A model generated the notes under the pieces. The model was not told the origin of the DNA. It did no database searches and saw only the letters and a program-made list of their open reading frames with translations. Of a stretch of DNA of 64,000 nucleotides, positions 1 to 16,356 are shown piece after piece (the first letter of the stretch is position 1; the number at the start of each line of letters is the position of its first letter). Origin of the DNA: the human T2T-CHM13v2.0 reference genome, Homo sapiens; assembly GCF_009914755.1 (NCBI RefSeq), contig NC_060930.1. One strand, written 5' to 3'. Position numbers and translations under genes: made by a program.

Positions 1-442
1 TAAAAATGTGATCATGTGTTCCTTTTGGTAATGGGCAGCACAAAACTATGAAAGCCTGGCTGCTGGTGCTAAAAAATAGACACAAAAGGCACAGAGCATC
101 CAAACATTAGAATGGCAAGAGAGACAGAATAATCAAATTAAAAAGAGAAGTGAGTTGGGGTAAAGGCCATCAAAAGGCACATGGGAATTTCAGACTTAGG
201 TCAGCAGAAGCTTTGACAGCATGGACTAGTGGGAAGAAAGGAGAAGGCAGGGCTGGCCAGAAGGGTCAGTGGGTTGACGGCAAGATTATAGATAACACAG
301 AAGAGCACAGATAATTTAGGATTGATTTTAATGAGTGTTCAGATCCAGAATCCAAGGGATCATGCTGATGGATCCCAGTAGAGAGACTTCAGACACTGGT
401 GATGTTCAATGTTAGACAAACCATGGAATTGTGGCTCTGAGG

Positions 443-595
443 TAATGGTTTTCAAACTGTAGAATATATGTGAATTGCATGATGTATTTGCTTAAAATTC
501 AGATTCCTGAGTGTCACCCTCAAAAATTCTGAATATGTGGAAACCCAGGACTCTCCATTGTAACAAAAGTATAGCCATGCCTTGAGAAATAACCT
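443..595. mobile_element. MER5-like (hAT-Charlie) relic
   Basis: tggttttcaaact...ttaaaattcagattcctgagtgtcaccctca...cttgagaaa. Confidence 0.55.
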
Positions 596-2405
596 CTTTA
601 GTATTTGGAGAAGGATCTAAATGGAGCTGGGGAAATGGTGCCAGTGGATTCCTGTAGGGACTTGGCCGATTCTGTCTTTGAAAAGACTAAAGTTTAGTGG
701 GAACTCATGTTCAAGCCTTACCAGGCAGATGGGATGCTAGGCTTGAGTTGCAAAGTTGACCCTACAGAATGCTGCCTTGAAGGCCAAGAACAATCCTGCC
801 TAATATAGGGGTCAGAACTGCCTCTGAAAATTGTTGTCTTGCTAGGTGATAGATATTGGTGGCTACATGGGCCAGAACCATAAGCAAACATAAATGAGTC
901 TTCTGAAAACTAGTAAGAATGATTTTCTGAGGGCATAGAATGAAATTTAGAGAAAATTCTAGATGAGGTCAAAGGTGGAAATAGAAAAAAATTTGGCCTC
1001 TTTGGGGCCAGCAGGGAAAGGACATCAGATAGAACAAAGGTTCTCTAAGATAGGCGTAAGTTCCCTAATGAACTAATTCTGCCATGTCTCATGTGTATAT
1101 GTTTTGTCTTTGTAAATTCTCATCTTGACATTACCAGTAATCACCATCAACAAGTATACATGAAATGCTTTGTTTTATTCTATTATTAGTAGTTAAAATT
1201 TAGCAAATGTCTTTGATTTCCCTTAACCACAAAGCTCTTATAAGGTTACTGGTTGATAACATGGAATTTGGAATGACCCTTAACTTTAAATTCTCACTCA
1301 TTCATTTTCAACTATTTGACCTTGAGCAGGTTACGTGGTCTGGACAGGTCTTAATTATTGAACATGTGAAATTAGATGAGATAAAAACATGTATTTCTCT
1401 TTTTATATATCATCTCTAATTCTCATAATAACATGGCAAAGTGAATTATTGATTCTATCCTTCAGGTGAAGAAATGGAGGCTTCATAGGTTAAGTAACTT
1501 GAAGCCATCGAGCTGGTAATAAGTTGACCCACAACATATTAACAGCAATATCTACCCCAAAGTTTAGCATTTTCTTACTAAGTCACACTTCTACCTTCAC
1601 TGTCCTCTAATATGGCGACTTCACCTTTGTTTTATTTCTTGCCCTAGCATCTACATGATCTGAGATATCAGTAGAGGAAAATTTATCCTCATTCCTTTCA
1701 CTAGTTGAGACAAAGTGAAGAGGGAGAAACTGCCTTCTCTTTCCCTCAAAACATGTATTTTATAAGAATGAGAATGGTTCAACAAAACCCACCTAATGGT
1801 TAACCATTTAAAGTTATTTCCACAAATTCAATAAAGCATCTCTTAAGTATGAAGGTATGGAGAATGTTGATACAATTAGAAAGAATCTCTGCAGGTAGAT
1901 AAATTCCCAAAGGAGTCATAATATAAATTGCCACACCTATTCTACATGGGATTTGGGGGCATTACTATAAACAAGAACAACAACGACAACAACAAACTTT
2001 ATCTGTTTTGTTGTTGGGAAGGCAGAATCAGGACTTTAAATCCAATCTTTGGAAGGTTTGCCTCCACCTGACCCGGGATACTTGAAGTTCAGAGCAACAT
2101 GATATACTTAAGTGGGAATGTGGAATTCCACTCTTTGATTCATTTGAGCACAATATCGGAGCCAACATTTTCTTTTCTCTTTTCAAGTTCTTCTCTACAT
2201 GACTGAACAAGTGATCTAGGTGTGGTTTTGATGATTATTTCTGGAGCTCGGAGCCAAGATAGAGAGAAACATAGCATTGCAGTTTGGCTTTCTTGCCTGT
2301 CTATAAAGGAATGCAGGAAAGGTGCCAATTTCATTGAGTTTAAGCCCAAGGACTCTTGCAAAACAACACTTTATAAATGTCTGCCTTTTAAAGAATATCA
2401 TGTGT

Positions 2406-2721
<316 letters not shown>

Positions 2722-5607
2722 GAGCATTATTTGTAGAATATGCCATCATGTTAATGTCATAGTTTGATAAATTTAGGAAAACTAAACTTACTTTTTTCTG
2801 AAATGTTATGGAAATTTAGAATTGAATATTTTTAAAAGACAACATTTTCAGGTTAGTCATTTATTCTAAACCTAAGAAAATTATCCATTATTAAATGTTC
2901 TTATATTCTACGTATCTTGATGTTGAATTGAAATTGGGTAGATATTTTTATCACAGGATTCTCTGCACCCCTAATTGGAGGAATGGATATGTTTTATATG
3001 AGAATGACAGAGTGTCTTATTATTGCTTTTTTCATGGGTGAATGAAACCATAGCAGGGTACCAGTCCAGAATACATTTTTGCTTTCTCCCCTTTCCTCTC
3101 AGTTTAAAATTGAACTTGGGACATGAATAGAAAACAGCAACTACATTAAACTCTTTAAAAAGCTTTTTCACATCTCTTGAATCAAAATGCTGTTTTTCAC
3201 AAGCCAAGTAGGATGATTGTGGCTGGCATTAAATCGATCTATTGAATGCTAAAGTTATTTTTCCATAACACAAACCCAGCGTGTATAGCTGTGGCTAAGC
3301 CTCCATCACCCTCCCCTACTGAGGAGCCTCAAACCAAATTCACAGGGAACCTCCTTTAGCAATTTCTGAGTTTTTATATTCACATAATTTTTAGACTTTC
3401 ATCCTTGATCATCAGAAAGATATTTTTGTCAGTTATGGAAACTTGTGTTTTAAACATACAAAGAAAATGAACTACAGCATTTTGCCCAGACAACTGCTGA
3501 CAGAACATCTGCTAAACAATAATACTTTTGATTCCCACTGACCTAAGTCAGAACATACATTGGCAACCTGCTTCAGACTTAAGATTTCCTAGCTATTTTA
3601 ATAAAAGTCCATTAATCAATTCCAACCTGTTTCTCATAATAGAGAGTAACCTCAGGAGAAAATGATATGACACCGAACAAATAATTCCTATTTGTAAAAT
3701 TGTTTAGACAAGTATTCACATGAGAGATTCTTGACCCAGAGGGATTTATATTATGTAGGTTCATTTCTTTAAGGGCAAATAATTACTTTTCAAGATAAGC
3801 ATTAATAATAAAGATTTGCAAAGACATGTTTAGAGTTTTATCTTAAATGCATCAAGACCAGTCCTTCTCCTGTTGCATCAAATTATTCTTCTTTGACAGA
3901 ACTTTTTACCTAGTTCTAAGGGAGCTTACTTGCTTTGTCCAGTTGCAACCCGGCAATTGCATATAAAATTGAAAATATGCTCTAAGGACACCATGTAAAA
4001 AAAATAGAAAACCCTTAACTCCATACGTTACTGTTAATAAACTGTAGGTTGTGGCCTTTTCATTAGCCAAAGTTTCTAGAGGGGATTTAAAAATAGTGTT
4101 ATGTTTTTATATAATTTTTATTTTTTATTTTTATTTTATTTCATTTTTTAAATTTTTTCATACAATTTCATTGATGGAAATTCAAGATCTGAGTAGACTT
4201 GAGATTTTTGGAGTTAGGAATATATGTTCAAAATCTTTAGTTTGACAATGGGTCTCAATTTATTATTTATATGACCTTGGGTTGTCATATAACCTAAGTT
4301 TAATTTTTCTTTTCTGTCAAGTGCAATTTATAATAATTTTATTTACCTCAGAGTTATGACGGATAACCTATGATATAATGTTTCTAAAATATTTAGAAAT
4401 GGCAAAGTTCTGAAAGTATTGGAAGGGTCAAACCCCTCACCTTAGACATGAGAAAAATAAAGCCCAGAAAAATTGGTAGGAAGGGCTAAGACTAAAACCT
4501 GAGACTCTTAATGAGATTGAGGAACCAGAAGAATATATGTTTCCAAATCTAGACTTTGAGTTTATTATAACCTATTGGATTTCATGCAATAAATAATGCA
4601 CAGAATGCATCATATATTACTGACATACAATAGTCCCACAAAGAGTGACCAAGACCCTGAGAGACCTGCCGGGCTTGGATATGAGTGATATAAATCTGTG
4701 GCTTGTTTTTGAGTGATATTCCCAAACTGTGTATGAGAATGGCTACCCAACAAATTCCTTGAGGATGAAGAAACTGCAGATCCCTGGAAGTTCTCTCTAA
4801 TGCAAGACTTATTGGAGAGCCAGCCAGTGAAAGAGAACTATTCAATATTATATCTGAGGCCAGTGGGGGAAGAAGGTTCCGTCATTGTGGAGTATATGGT
4901 TTTAAGCTCTTTGAAGTGAGGAAATTTGAAGAGGGGCCATGTTATTAAAATAAGTGGGCATTGTCAAATCAAGGATGGCTTTGGGTAGGAAGTTATAAAA
5001 TTCAAGAGTGTTAATAAGAGATATAATGCTGTAATATGGGGGAGCACATGGACTTTGGAGTTAGTTCTGGGTTTGAACGTCAGCTTTGTGAATTTCACAA
5101 GTCATATAATTTCTTTCTGGGTCTTAGTTTTTATAAATAGAAACTGGAGATAATGTTATTTGTTTCTTAGGACTATTAGCAAAACAAAAGAGAAAATATT
5201 CGTGCAATCATTTGCATATACTAAGGTCTTTAATAAATGCTACTTCCCTTGAGATCTATTTATCTTCCTAATTATCTGTGTTTGTATATTCATTGGATTA
5301 CTTCTATTCATCATCTTTTGTTCTTGGTTCCTTACAATGACCACAGGTTTATTGATAAATTAGGTTAAATTTTTTATTGTTCTATTTTAATGAATTTTAT
5401 GTTACTTCTGCAATAATTATTGTTGATACATCATGATGTTATTTAGTAATTTTAGAGCAGTTTTAAAGTAAATGCGTTTTATTTTTCTTTGAAATTTTCC
5501 AAAATTTAAAATTAAAATGATTCTACTAATCAGTGAAAAAGAAAAGTAAGTAATAAAAGTACAAGGTATTTTCTATTTTATCTCATATTTTAGGTAATAT
5601 TTTTCAT

Positions 5608-5807
5608 GTTTTCTGAGTATCTATAACAACTATTTCTACCCAAGTGAGATTGTGCTACTAAGTGACCATATGGCATTTGAAAAGTACTTAGGTTTTTCAT
5701 TGCCTCAGTTTTCTGGGTATCTATAACAACTATTTCTACCCAAGTGAGATTGTGCTACTAAGTGACCATGTGGCATTTGAAAAGTACTTAGGCTTTTCAT
5801 TGCCTCA
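5608..5807. repeat. Tandem duplication, 2 x 100 bp, overlapping a MIR
   Basis: 5608-5707 and 5708-5807 differ at 3 positions. Confidence 0.95.
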
Positions 5808-7720
5808 ATTTCTTCAGCTGTAAAGTAAGGATAATAATTTTCCTACCTGCCTTCTAGGGTTGTTGACGATCAGATGAAATAATAGTTGTGAAAGTGTTTT
5901 AAACATCTTCATGTATTACACATTTAAGGAAAGTTTTTATGCTAAAGTGCCTCTATCTTTAGGAAATTCCACTCTCTTGCTTAATGTTTTGTAATTTATT
6001 AACAAGAGCAAAAATATCTCTATTATGGTATTTTAATATCTTCTCTGAACGTCTTGAAGATTTTCACTACTTTTTTTAAACAATTTTTAATTTCTGTGAA
6101 AAATTTTAACACTACCAAAATGAGAGCCTTCTAGAATGAAAGATTATGATGCTAAGATTTCTACTTATTTTATCCTACTAATAGGAAGAATTAGTCTCTT
6201 AGAGATATTCACGATATGAACTAGTCTGTAAAAATTTTAAGTGAAATATGTTCAAAGTTACTCACTCAAATACAAGTGGCAAATATAAGGTGTAAAGAGT
6301 TGTGTTTCTGCATGATAACATCAAGGGAATGTAAAGTGCCAGTTATGGCAAGTGAAGAACTATAATTAAATTTCTCACTATGTTAAAAAATTATGTTAAA
6401 AACATGTTAAAAAAATACCTCTCCTTGTAAAGTTCGTGTAGATGGGAGTTTCTTCTAAGACTGTGGCTATCCAAACAACTCTAGTTCCCTACCATGTGCC
6501 CACTATCTTTAATCAGATGCTTATATAATGGAGTGCTATACTGGTATTAAGTCCAAAGTGATCATCAAGCCACTTCCTGATTATTTTCTTTCTCTTTTTA
6601 CTTTCTTTGACACAATGAATTTCAACTCTAAGAGTTGTTTTATGTATTCATTCAGTAAATATCTACCATGTAACTACTATACAAGTATTTCTCAAGAAGT
6701 TTAACATTGAATAGAGAAGGTATATATAAAAAAGAAATAATGGATTATAAATATCACAAGAAAATTACAAAGTAATAAAGTAGGCTAGGGAAGTATACAT
6801 AACCTTAATAATTTTACTGTGGGACTATATTAAGGGAGTATACTTAACCTCATAATTTTACTAAGAGGATCATAATCTAAACCACATGTATTTGATGAAA
6901 GACCTGACCTCTTTGTTGTTCAGAGTTGGTAGCATTTGCATTTGGCCTCAAAGATGGATGAGACCTTGATAAGTAAAGATGAAGGAAAATTATTATAGAT
7001 GTTTAGCAAAACACACATGAAGGTATAGAAAAAAAGAGGAGGATAGTGTTGTTTCTGCAATTAAAAAACAAAAACAAACAAACAAAAAACCCTCATCAAG
7101 TCTAGCCAGAGCACACACAGTAACATGGAGCAGGGTACAAGGACATACCTCTGGCCAGTTGAGTCTGTAATTGTAGAAGGTCTTGAATGTAAGCCAATCA
7201 GTTTGCCTATGAATTTGAATAAAATGGAGAGCCACTGAAATTGTTTAATCATAGTATTGAGATAACCAAACTATAGCATCTCCAAAGATTAGAGAGATTA
7301 ATTTAACAGATGTTTACAGGCTTGGGCCTGCTTCCTATTTCCACAGTGGGAAGATATTAGGTAGGGTGAGCAGAAAACTCACAGATAATTTTACTATGAG
7401 GAGCAAAATCCAAACTGTATGTACGTGATGAAAGCCCTGAACTCCCTGTTGCTATATGGTGAAAGTGACTTGCTGACAGTGAACCCATAGCCTACTTGGA
7501 CTCGAAGGCCATATACAAATTTTTGTCAGATGAATAACATGAAAAACAATTCAGCAGGAAATAAAAGCATTCCTTATTTTTAAAAACAGGGATTCTCAAA
7601 GAGAACAAAGTAGGAAAAGAGGCAAAGGACTGGTGATATTTATATAAATAAAAACCTTCATCTGTTATTTATGATACATCCCCACTTTCAACCCACTTTT
7701 GTTTAAGAATAATTGATGTA

Positions 7721-9063
7721 CCACACATCTACAACCATCTGATCTTTGAGAAACCTGACAAAAACAAGAAATGGGGAAAGGATTCCCTATTTCATAAATG
7801 GTGCTGGGAAAACTGGCCAGCCATATGTAGAAAGCTGAAACTGGATCCCTTCCTTACACCTTATACAAAAATTAATTCAAGATGGATTAAAGACTTAAAT
7901 GTTAGACCTAAAACCATAAAAACCCTAGAAGAAAACCTAGGCAATACCATTCAGGACATAGGCATGGGCAAGGACTTCATGTCTAAAACACCAAAAGCAA
8001 TGGCAACCAAAGCCAAAATTGACAAATGGGATCTAATTAAACTAAAGAGCTTCTGCACAGCAAAAGAAACTACCATCAGAGTGAACAGGCAACCTACAGA
8101 ATGGGAGAAAATTTTTACAATCTACCCATCTGACAAAGGGCTAAGATCCAGAATCTACAAAGAACTTAAAACAAATTTACAAGAAAAAATCAAACAACCC
8201 CCTCAAAATGTGGGCAAAGTATATGAACAGACACTTCTCAAAAGAAGACATTTATGCAGCCAACAGACACATGAAAAAATGCTCATCATCACTGGCCATC
8301 AGAGAAATGTAAATCAAAACCACGATGAGATACCATCTCATGCCAGTTAGAATGGCGATCATTAAAAAGTCAGGAAACAACAGGTGCTGGAGAGGATGTG
8401 GAGAAATAGAAACACTTTTACACTGTTGGTGGGAACTGTAAACTAGTTCAACCATTGTGGAAGACAGTGTGGCGATTCCTCAAGGATCTAGAACTAGAAA
8501 TACCATTTGACCCAGCCATCCCATTACAGGGTATATACCCAAAGGATTATAAATCATGCTGCTATAAAGACACATGCACACATATGTTTATTGAGGCACT
8601 GTTCACAATAGCAAAGACTTTGAACCAACCCAAATGTCCATCAATGATGGACTGGATTAAGAAAATGTGGCACATATACACCATGGAATACTATGCAGCC
8701 ATAATAAAGGATGAGTTCATGTCCTTTGTAGGGACATGGATGAAGCTGGAAACCCTCATTCTCAGCAAACTATTGCAAGGACAGAAAACCAAACACCGCG
8801 TGTTCTCACTTATAGGTGGGAATTCAACAATGAGAACACTTGGACACAGGAAGGGGAACATCACACACTGGGGCCTGTCCTGGCTTCGGGGGTAGGGGTT
8901 AGGGATAGCATTAGGAGATATACCTAATGTAAATGAGGAGTTAATGGGTGCAGCACACCAACATGGCACATGTATACATATGTAACAAACCTGCACGTTG
9001 TGCACATGTACCCTAGAACTTAAAGTATAATAAAAAAGAAATAAAATAATAAAATTTTTCGAA
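7721..9063 (+). mobile_element. 5'-truncated L1PA (about L1PA4-5): ORF2 3' end, 3' UTR and A tail
   Basis: ORF2p C-terminal peptides (ORFs 7964..8350 and 8455..8895) and a canonical L1PA 3' UTR. TSD aagaataattgatgta (7705-7720) / aagaagaattgatata (9064-9079). Confidence 0.95.
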
Positions 9064-9802
9064 AAGAAGAATTGATATAAAAGCAAATGCTCTCATAACA
9101 GAAAACTCAATGCAGTTCTAATCACAACACCAGAGAGATATATCAAAGTAGAAGAAAACAGTTTCCATAGAGGACAGATAAATATATGAGTGAAAGGGAC
9201 TTTTAAAAATTGACAATCTTAGATAACGAAGGATTTTTTTAAAAAGGCATTTGCTTAACCTTACAAAATTATGAAGGATATGGATAACATGCCTAAAGAT
9301 TTGTTCACTTGGCATACCAGAATCATTACATGGAGTGCTCTTCCAAAAGCTTATAATGGAAGGATCAGGGCAATTATTTCAAAGAGAGCTCTCTACACCC
9401 TCATAGTAATACAGACTGACAATATTAGGAGCCATGTGAAGGCTATTAAATAAATTTTATAGGTTACAGAACAACAATACACTACTAATCAAAGCGAAGA
9501 TGTTTTTAGTAAGAGAGCCATAACCTTCTAATCTTTCTTGGAATCACTGTTAATAGAGGGAAGGGAAGAATGTATATCCTGTGAGAAGAAAAAGAACATA
9601 ACAAGACAAGATGATTCTGTGCTTGTTGTGGCTTGTGCATTCTACTAGGTGGTTTCACAGAGTCATTTCATGTACTCCTCACAGTAACTGTTGCAGAGGT
9701 AAAATATGAAAATAAGTAACTTTTTCAAGTAAACACAAGATGAAGAAATAGATCTAAGATCTATAGATGTCAACGCTTTTTTTTCCTTTTACTATGCCGA
9801 AG

Positions 9803-10525
9803 TATTTATTCAATGACTACTCATTGAGCACCTACCAAGTGTGCCTTGCACTGAGAACACACTAGTGAACAGGTAACAATTTTCCTGACATTGTAGGGTT
9901 TATGTGTTAGACATAAGTAAATCTATAGTCAAATAGGAGTTAGGGTAAATTTCTGTGAAGAAATATAAAACTGCTGTGAAGAAAGCAGGGTGAAACAAAC
10001 AGCAACAAGATAGAGGATGTGGTGGAGGTACTATGGTATGCAATCAAGGCTTCTGTGAGAAAGGGATGTTTCAGAGATCTGAGCAAAGTGAGGAAATGAG
10101 ACACAGGACTCTGCCAAAAATTCATTCCAAGCAGAATGAACAGTAAGTGCAAAGGTAAGTGGGCAGAAATGAAGAGTGATCTTGATGTCTTCAAGAAACA
10201 AGACAGTGTGACTAGAGAAGAGCAAGCAAACTGGGTTTGTTAGCAGTCCAAGTTTTCTACAGCGTCAAAAAATAATTGAAGCCATGGGTTTAATTATCTA
10301 TAAAAGGCGGGACTTGAATATTTAAAGGACATGCAAAGGAGGGTATGCTGGGAACAGAGATTGAAAGAAGTCAGAGATGTGGGAGTAAAACCAGCAGAGG
10401 ATGAAGAACAATGGAGCATTTCGGGAAGAACAACAGGAGCAATCATTTTACATGCAGCTGAGAGGTAGGATGAAGACCAAAAGATGCCCACTGTGTTGCT
10501 CGACATGGAGATTCTGACTGTGGTG
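9803..10525 (-). mobile_element. L2 remnant
   Basis: The L2 3'-end motif tatttattcaatgactactcattgagcaccta is followed by typical purine-rich L2 sequence. Confidence 0.6.
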
Positions 10526-10855
10526 ATTTGCCAGCAATTCAAAAGAGGAAGAATAGCCTTTTCAACAAACAGTGCTGGAACAATTGGGCAGCCATAGGAA
10601 AAAAAACAAAAAAACAAAAAAAACCTGACTGGACCTAAGCCTCACACCTTCTATAAAAATTAACTCAAAGTTAATCATAAGCTTAAATATAGCACATAAA
10701 ACTATAAAACTTATAGAAAAAACATAGAATATATTTGGGGTCTGGAGATAAGTAAAGAGTTCTTAGATGTTACACTAAAAGCCCAACTCATAAAAGAAAA
10801 AATTGATAGATTGGACCTCATCAAAATAAAAAATTTTGTTATTTCAAAGACCCCA

Positions 10856-11826
<971 letters not shown>

Positions 11827-11891
11827 CTAACAGAGTATACGTAGAGGATTCTTAAAACTCAAAAACTAAAAAAAAAAAAAAAAAAGTTCAA

Positions 11892-12164
11892 CTTTTTCTT
11901 TTTTCCAGAAAGAGCTAGAATGTAGTGGCACAATCTCAGCTCACTGCAGCCTGTCTCCTACCTCAGCTTCCCAAGTAGCTGGGGACTACAGGTGTGTACC
12001 ACCACACCCAGCTAATTCTTTTCTGTATTTAATTTATTTTTTTTTGTAGAGATGGGTTTCCTCCATGCATCCCAGGCTGGTCTCAAACTCCTAGGCTCAG
12101 GCAACCTGCCCACCTCAGCCTCCCAAGGTGCTGGGATTACAAGCATTAGCCAGTGCATCTGGCC
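11892..12164 (-). mobile_element. Alu (AluJ-like, internally deleted)
   Basis: Antisense Alu with the ctcctaggctcagg (J-type) motif. Confidence 0.88.
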
Positions 12165-12899
12165 AACAGCTCAATTTAATAATGGACAAAACCTCATTTC
12201 ACCAAGAAGGAGAGATGGATGGTAGATAAGGAGATAAGCACATGAAAATATATTAATTATTATTAGCCATCAGAAAAATACAAGTAAAATCCACAATGAG
12301 ATGTCACTACACACCTATTGAAACAGCTAAATTTTTTTAAAATCGTACTTTGGTTCTTACCAGGTATTCAGTAAGCATCAAGTGTTTATTAGTATCAATA
12401 TTTATTGACAGGTTTTTTTAAGATATAAACATGGTTATAAAAATGAATTTTGATATTTGTATACATTATATTTAGTATTATTTTTAAGTCAAACATTTAG
12501 TATAAACTGTCTTATTTGGCAAGTAACCACTACATAAATCACATTTTGTGGAAAGAAATGTAAAAGTGGCAATTTAGAAATGTTTTAAGATACTTAGAGC
12601 TTCATGTGAAATTATGTTTTAAACATTGTTTCCCTAGTTAAAAAGATGGGAAGCAAGCATTAAAACAAATCAATAGTCTAATATAATTAAGCTATTCAAG
12701 AATATTGTTTTTTTTTTTTTCATTTGCTAATGCCTCCTATACCATGTATACAAACTGTAGACAATTCTACCAGGGTATACTCAGTGATCCAACCTATGAC
12801 AGAATGAAGAGTTCTGTTGTAATTTAAAAATGAAAACGTTTGATTATGTTGTGCCGAAATATCCTGTGATACTGTGTTACTATATATAGAAAGCACATC

Positions 12900-13222
12900 T
12901 GTATTAGTCTGTTCTTGCATTGCTATAAAGAACTACCTGAGACTGGGTAATTCATGAAGAAAAGAGTTTTTATGGACCAATAGTTCTGCAGACTGCACAG
13001 GAAACATGGCTGGAAGGGCCTCAGGAAACTTAAAATCATGGTGGAAGGTGAAGGGGAAGCAGGCATATCTTACATGGCCTGAGAAGGAGGAAGAGAGTGA
13101 AGGGAAAGGTGCTAAACACTTTTAAACCACCAGATCTCATGAGAAACAGCAAGAGGAAGGTCCACCCCCATGATCCAATCATGTCCCACCAGGCCCCTCT
13201 CCAACATTGGGGATTACAATTT
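12900..13222 (-). mobile_element. MST (ERVL-MaLR) solo LTR
   Basis: tgtattagtctgttcttgcattgctataaagaactacctgagactggg...ttggggattacaatt. Confidence 0.9.
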
Positions 13223-13846
13223 GACATGAGATTTGGGTAGGGATTTGAAGTTTGCCATTACTATGCATACTTTTGTAAATGTATTCTATATATATCTTAC
13301 TACACATACTTTTGTAAATTTATTCTATATGTATATTTCTCTAAACTAAATATAATAATTTTTGGAACAATGCTTTTGCATGCTTTTGAACTATATTTAC
13401 AGTGATAAGACTGTATATATTGCATAAGACTCTTTTGTGAAAAAATTAACTTTGTAATTTATCTATTGTTGTAAATGTCACTAATTTCTAGCAATCTGCT
13501 AGATCTTTATTTCAATCGTCTCCTGTTTTTTTCTTTATTAGTCTAGCTAGTGGCCTACCAATATTATTTATTCTTTCAATGAAGCAATACCTGGTTTTGT
13601 TGAATCTTTTGTATAGTTTTTCACATCTCAATTTCATTCAGTTCAGCTCTAATTTTGGTTATTTTTTGTCTTCTGCTAGTTTTGGGGTTGGTTGGCTCTT
13701 GTTTTTCTCATTCTTCTAGGTGTGGTATTAGGTTGTTAATCTGAGATCTTTCTAACTTTTTGATGTGGGCATTTAGTGCTATACATTTCCCTCTTAATGC
13801 TGTCTTAGCTGTTTCCCAGAGATTCTGGTATGTTGTTTCTTTGCTC

Positions 13847-14141
13847 TTTTTTTTTTGAGATGGAGTCTTGCTCTGTCACCCAGGCTAGAGTGCAGTGGCG
13901 TGATCTCAGCTCACTGCAACCTCTGCTGCCTCCTGGGTTCAAGCGATTCTCCTGTCTCAGCCTCCTGAGTAGCTGAGATTACAGACACACACCACCATGC
14001 CCAACTAATTTTTGTATTTTTAGTAGAGATGGGGTTTCGCCATGTTGGTGAGGCTGGTCTCAAACTCCTAACCTCAGGTGATCTGCCTGCCTCAGCCTCC
14101 CAAAGTGCTGGGATTATAGGTGTGAGCCACTGCACCTGGCC
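13847..14141 (-). mobile_element. AluS inside L1
   Basis: Full antisense dimer with tgctctt/tgttctt flanks. Confidence 0.95.
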
Positions 14142-16026
14142 TGTTCTTATTAGTTTCAAATAACTTTTTGATTTGTGCTTTAATTTCATTGTTTACCCAA
14201 GAGTCATTCAGAAGCAGGGTGTTTAATTTCCATGTAATTGTATTGTTTTGAGTGATTTTCTTGGCCTTAATTTCTACTTTTATTACATTGTGGTCCAAGA
14301 ATGTCATTCATATAATTTTAGTATTTTGAATTTGCTGAGAAGTGTTTTATGGTTAATAGCATGTTCGATTTTAATGTATGTGCCCTGTGCAAATGAGAAG
14401 AATGTATATTCTGTTGTTTTTAGGTGGAGTTCTATAGATACTTGTTAGGACCATTTGGTCAAGTGTAGAGTTCAGTTCCAAAATATCTTTGTTTGTTTTC
14501 TACCTCAATGATTTGTCTAGAATGTTGTAGAATGTTGTAAAATGTTGAAGTCTCCTACTATTATTGTGTCGTTATCTAAATCTCTTCGAAAGTCTATAAA
14601 AACTTGCTTTATGAATCTGGGTGCTCCTATGTCAGGTTCATATTTGTTTAGAATAGTTAACTCTTCTTGTTGAATTGAACTCTTTACCATTACATAATGT
14701 TCTTATTTGCCTTTTTTGATCATTGTTGGTTTAAAAATCTGTTTTGTCTGAAATAAGAATAGCAATCCTTGCTTTTTGTTTTTGTTTTGTTTCTTTGTTT
14801 GCTGGGTAGATTTTTCTCCATCTCTTTACTTTGAGCCTAAGGGTGTTATTGCATGTGAGATGAGTTTCTTGAAGACAGCATCTAGTTGTGTCTTCCTTCT
14901 TTATCCAATTTGCCACTTGTGCCTTTTAATTGGGGCATTTAACCTGTTTACATTCAATGTTAATATCAATATGTGTGGATTTGATTTTGTCATGGTAGTG
15001 TTGGCTGGTTGTATATAGACCTGATTGTATAGTTACTTTATAGCGTCAGTGGTCTATGTGATTGTGTTTTTGTAGTGACTGTTGACAGTCTTTTGTTTCC
15101 ATATTTAGGACTCCCTTAAGGACCTCTTGTAAGGCAGGTCTGGTGGTAACAAATTCCTTTAGCATTCACTTGTCTGAAAAGGATCTTATTTCTCCTTTGC
15201 ATATGAAGCTTAGTTTGGCTGGATATAAAATTATTGTTTGGAGTTTGTTTTTCTTTAAGGATGCCTAATATAAGGGGATAGAGATTATCCCCTAATCTCT
15301 TCTGGCTTGTAGGGTTTCTGTTGAAAGGTCCACTGTTAGCCTGATGGGGTTCCCTTGGTAGGTGACCTGCCCCCTCTCTCTTGCTGCCTTTAAAATTTTT
15401 TTTTTCATGTTGACCTTGTGAAATCTGATAACTGTGTGCTTGGGGATGGTCATCTTGTATAGTATCTTGCAGGGGTCTCTGCATTTCCTGAATTTGAATG
15501 TTGGTTTCTCCAGTGAGGTTGGGATAATTTTCATGGGTGATATCCTCAAATGTATTTTCCAAGTTGCTTACTTTTTCACCCTCTCTTTCAAGGACACCAG
15601 TGAGTTGCTGATTTGGTTTCTTTACATAATCCCATATTTCTTGGAGATTTTGGTTATTATTTTTCATTCTTTTTAAAATTTTTGTCTGATTGTGTTATTT
15701 TGGAGAGCCAGTTTTCAAGCTCTGAGATTCTTTCTTCAGCTTGGTGTATTTTGCTGTTAATATTTGTGATTGTGTTATGAAATTCTTGTAGTGAATTTGT
15801 TATCTCTATCAGGTCAGTTTCTTTCTTAAAATGGCCATTTTGTGTTTCAGCTCCTGTACCTTAGGTTCTTTAGTTTGGGTTTCAATTTTCTCCTCAATCT
15901 CAATGATTTTCATTCTTATCCATATTCTGAATTCTATGCCTGTTTTTTTTTTTTTTTTTCAGCCATTTCAGCCTGATTAAGAAGCATTGTTGGTTCTAGT
16001 GTGGGAACTAGTGTGGTTGTATATAG

Positions 16027-16356
<330 letters not shown>

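Noticed and set aside
6787-6862. Degenerate ~30-bp direct repeat with 46-bp spacing (similar small repeats near 6380, 14518 and 28661)
   Set aside because: These are ordinary local slippage duplications of two or three copies, with no spacer array structure.
7964-8895. 128-aa and 146-aa ORFs
   Set aside because: They are frameshifted C-terminal pieces of L1 ORF2p in a 5'-truncated element.
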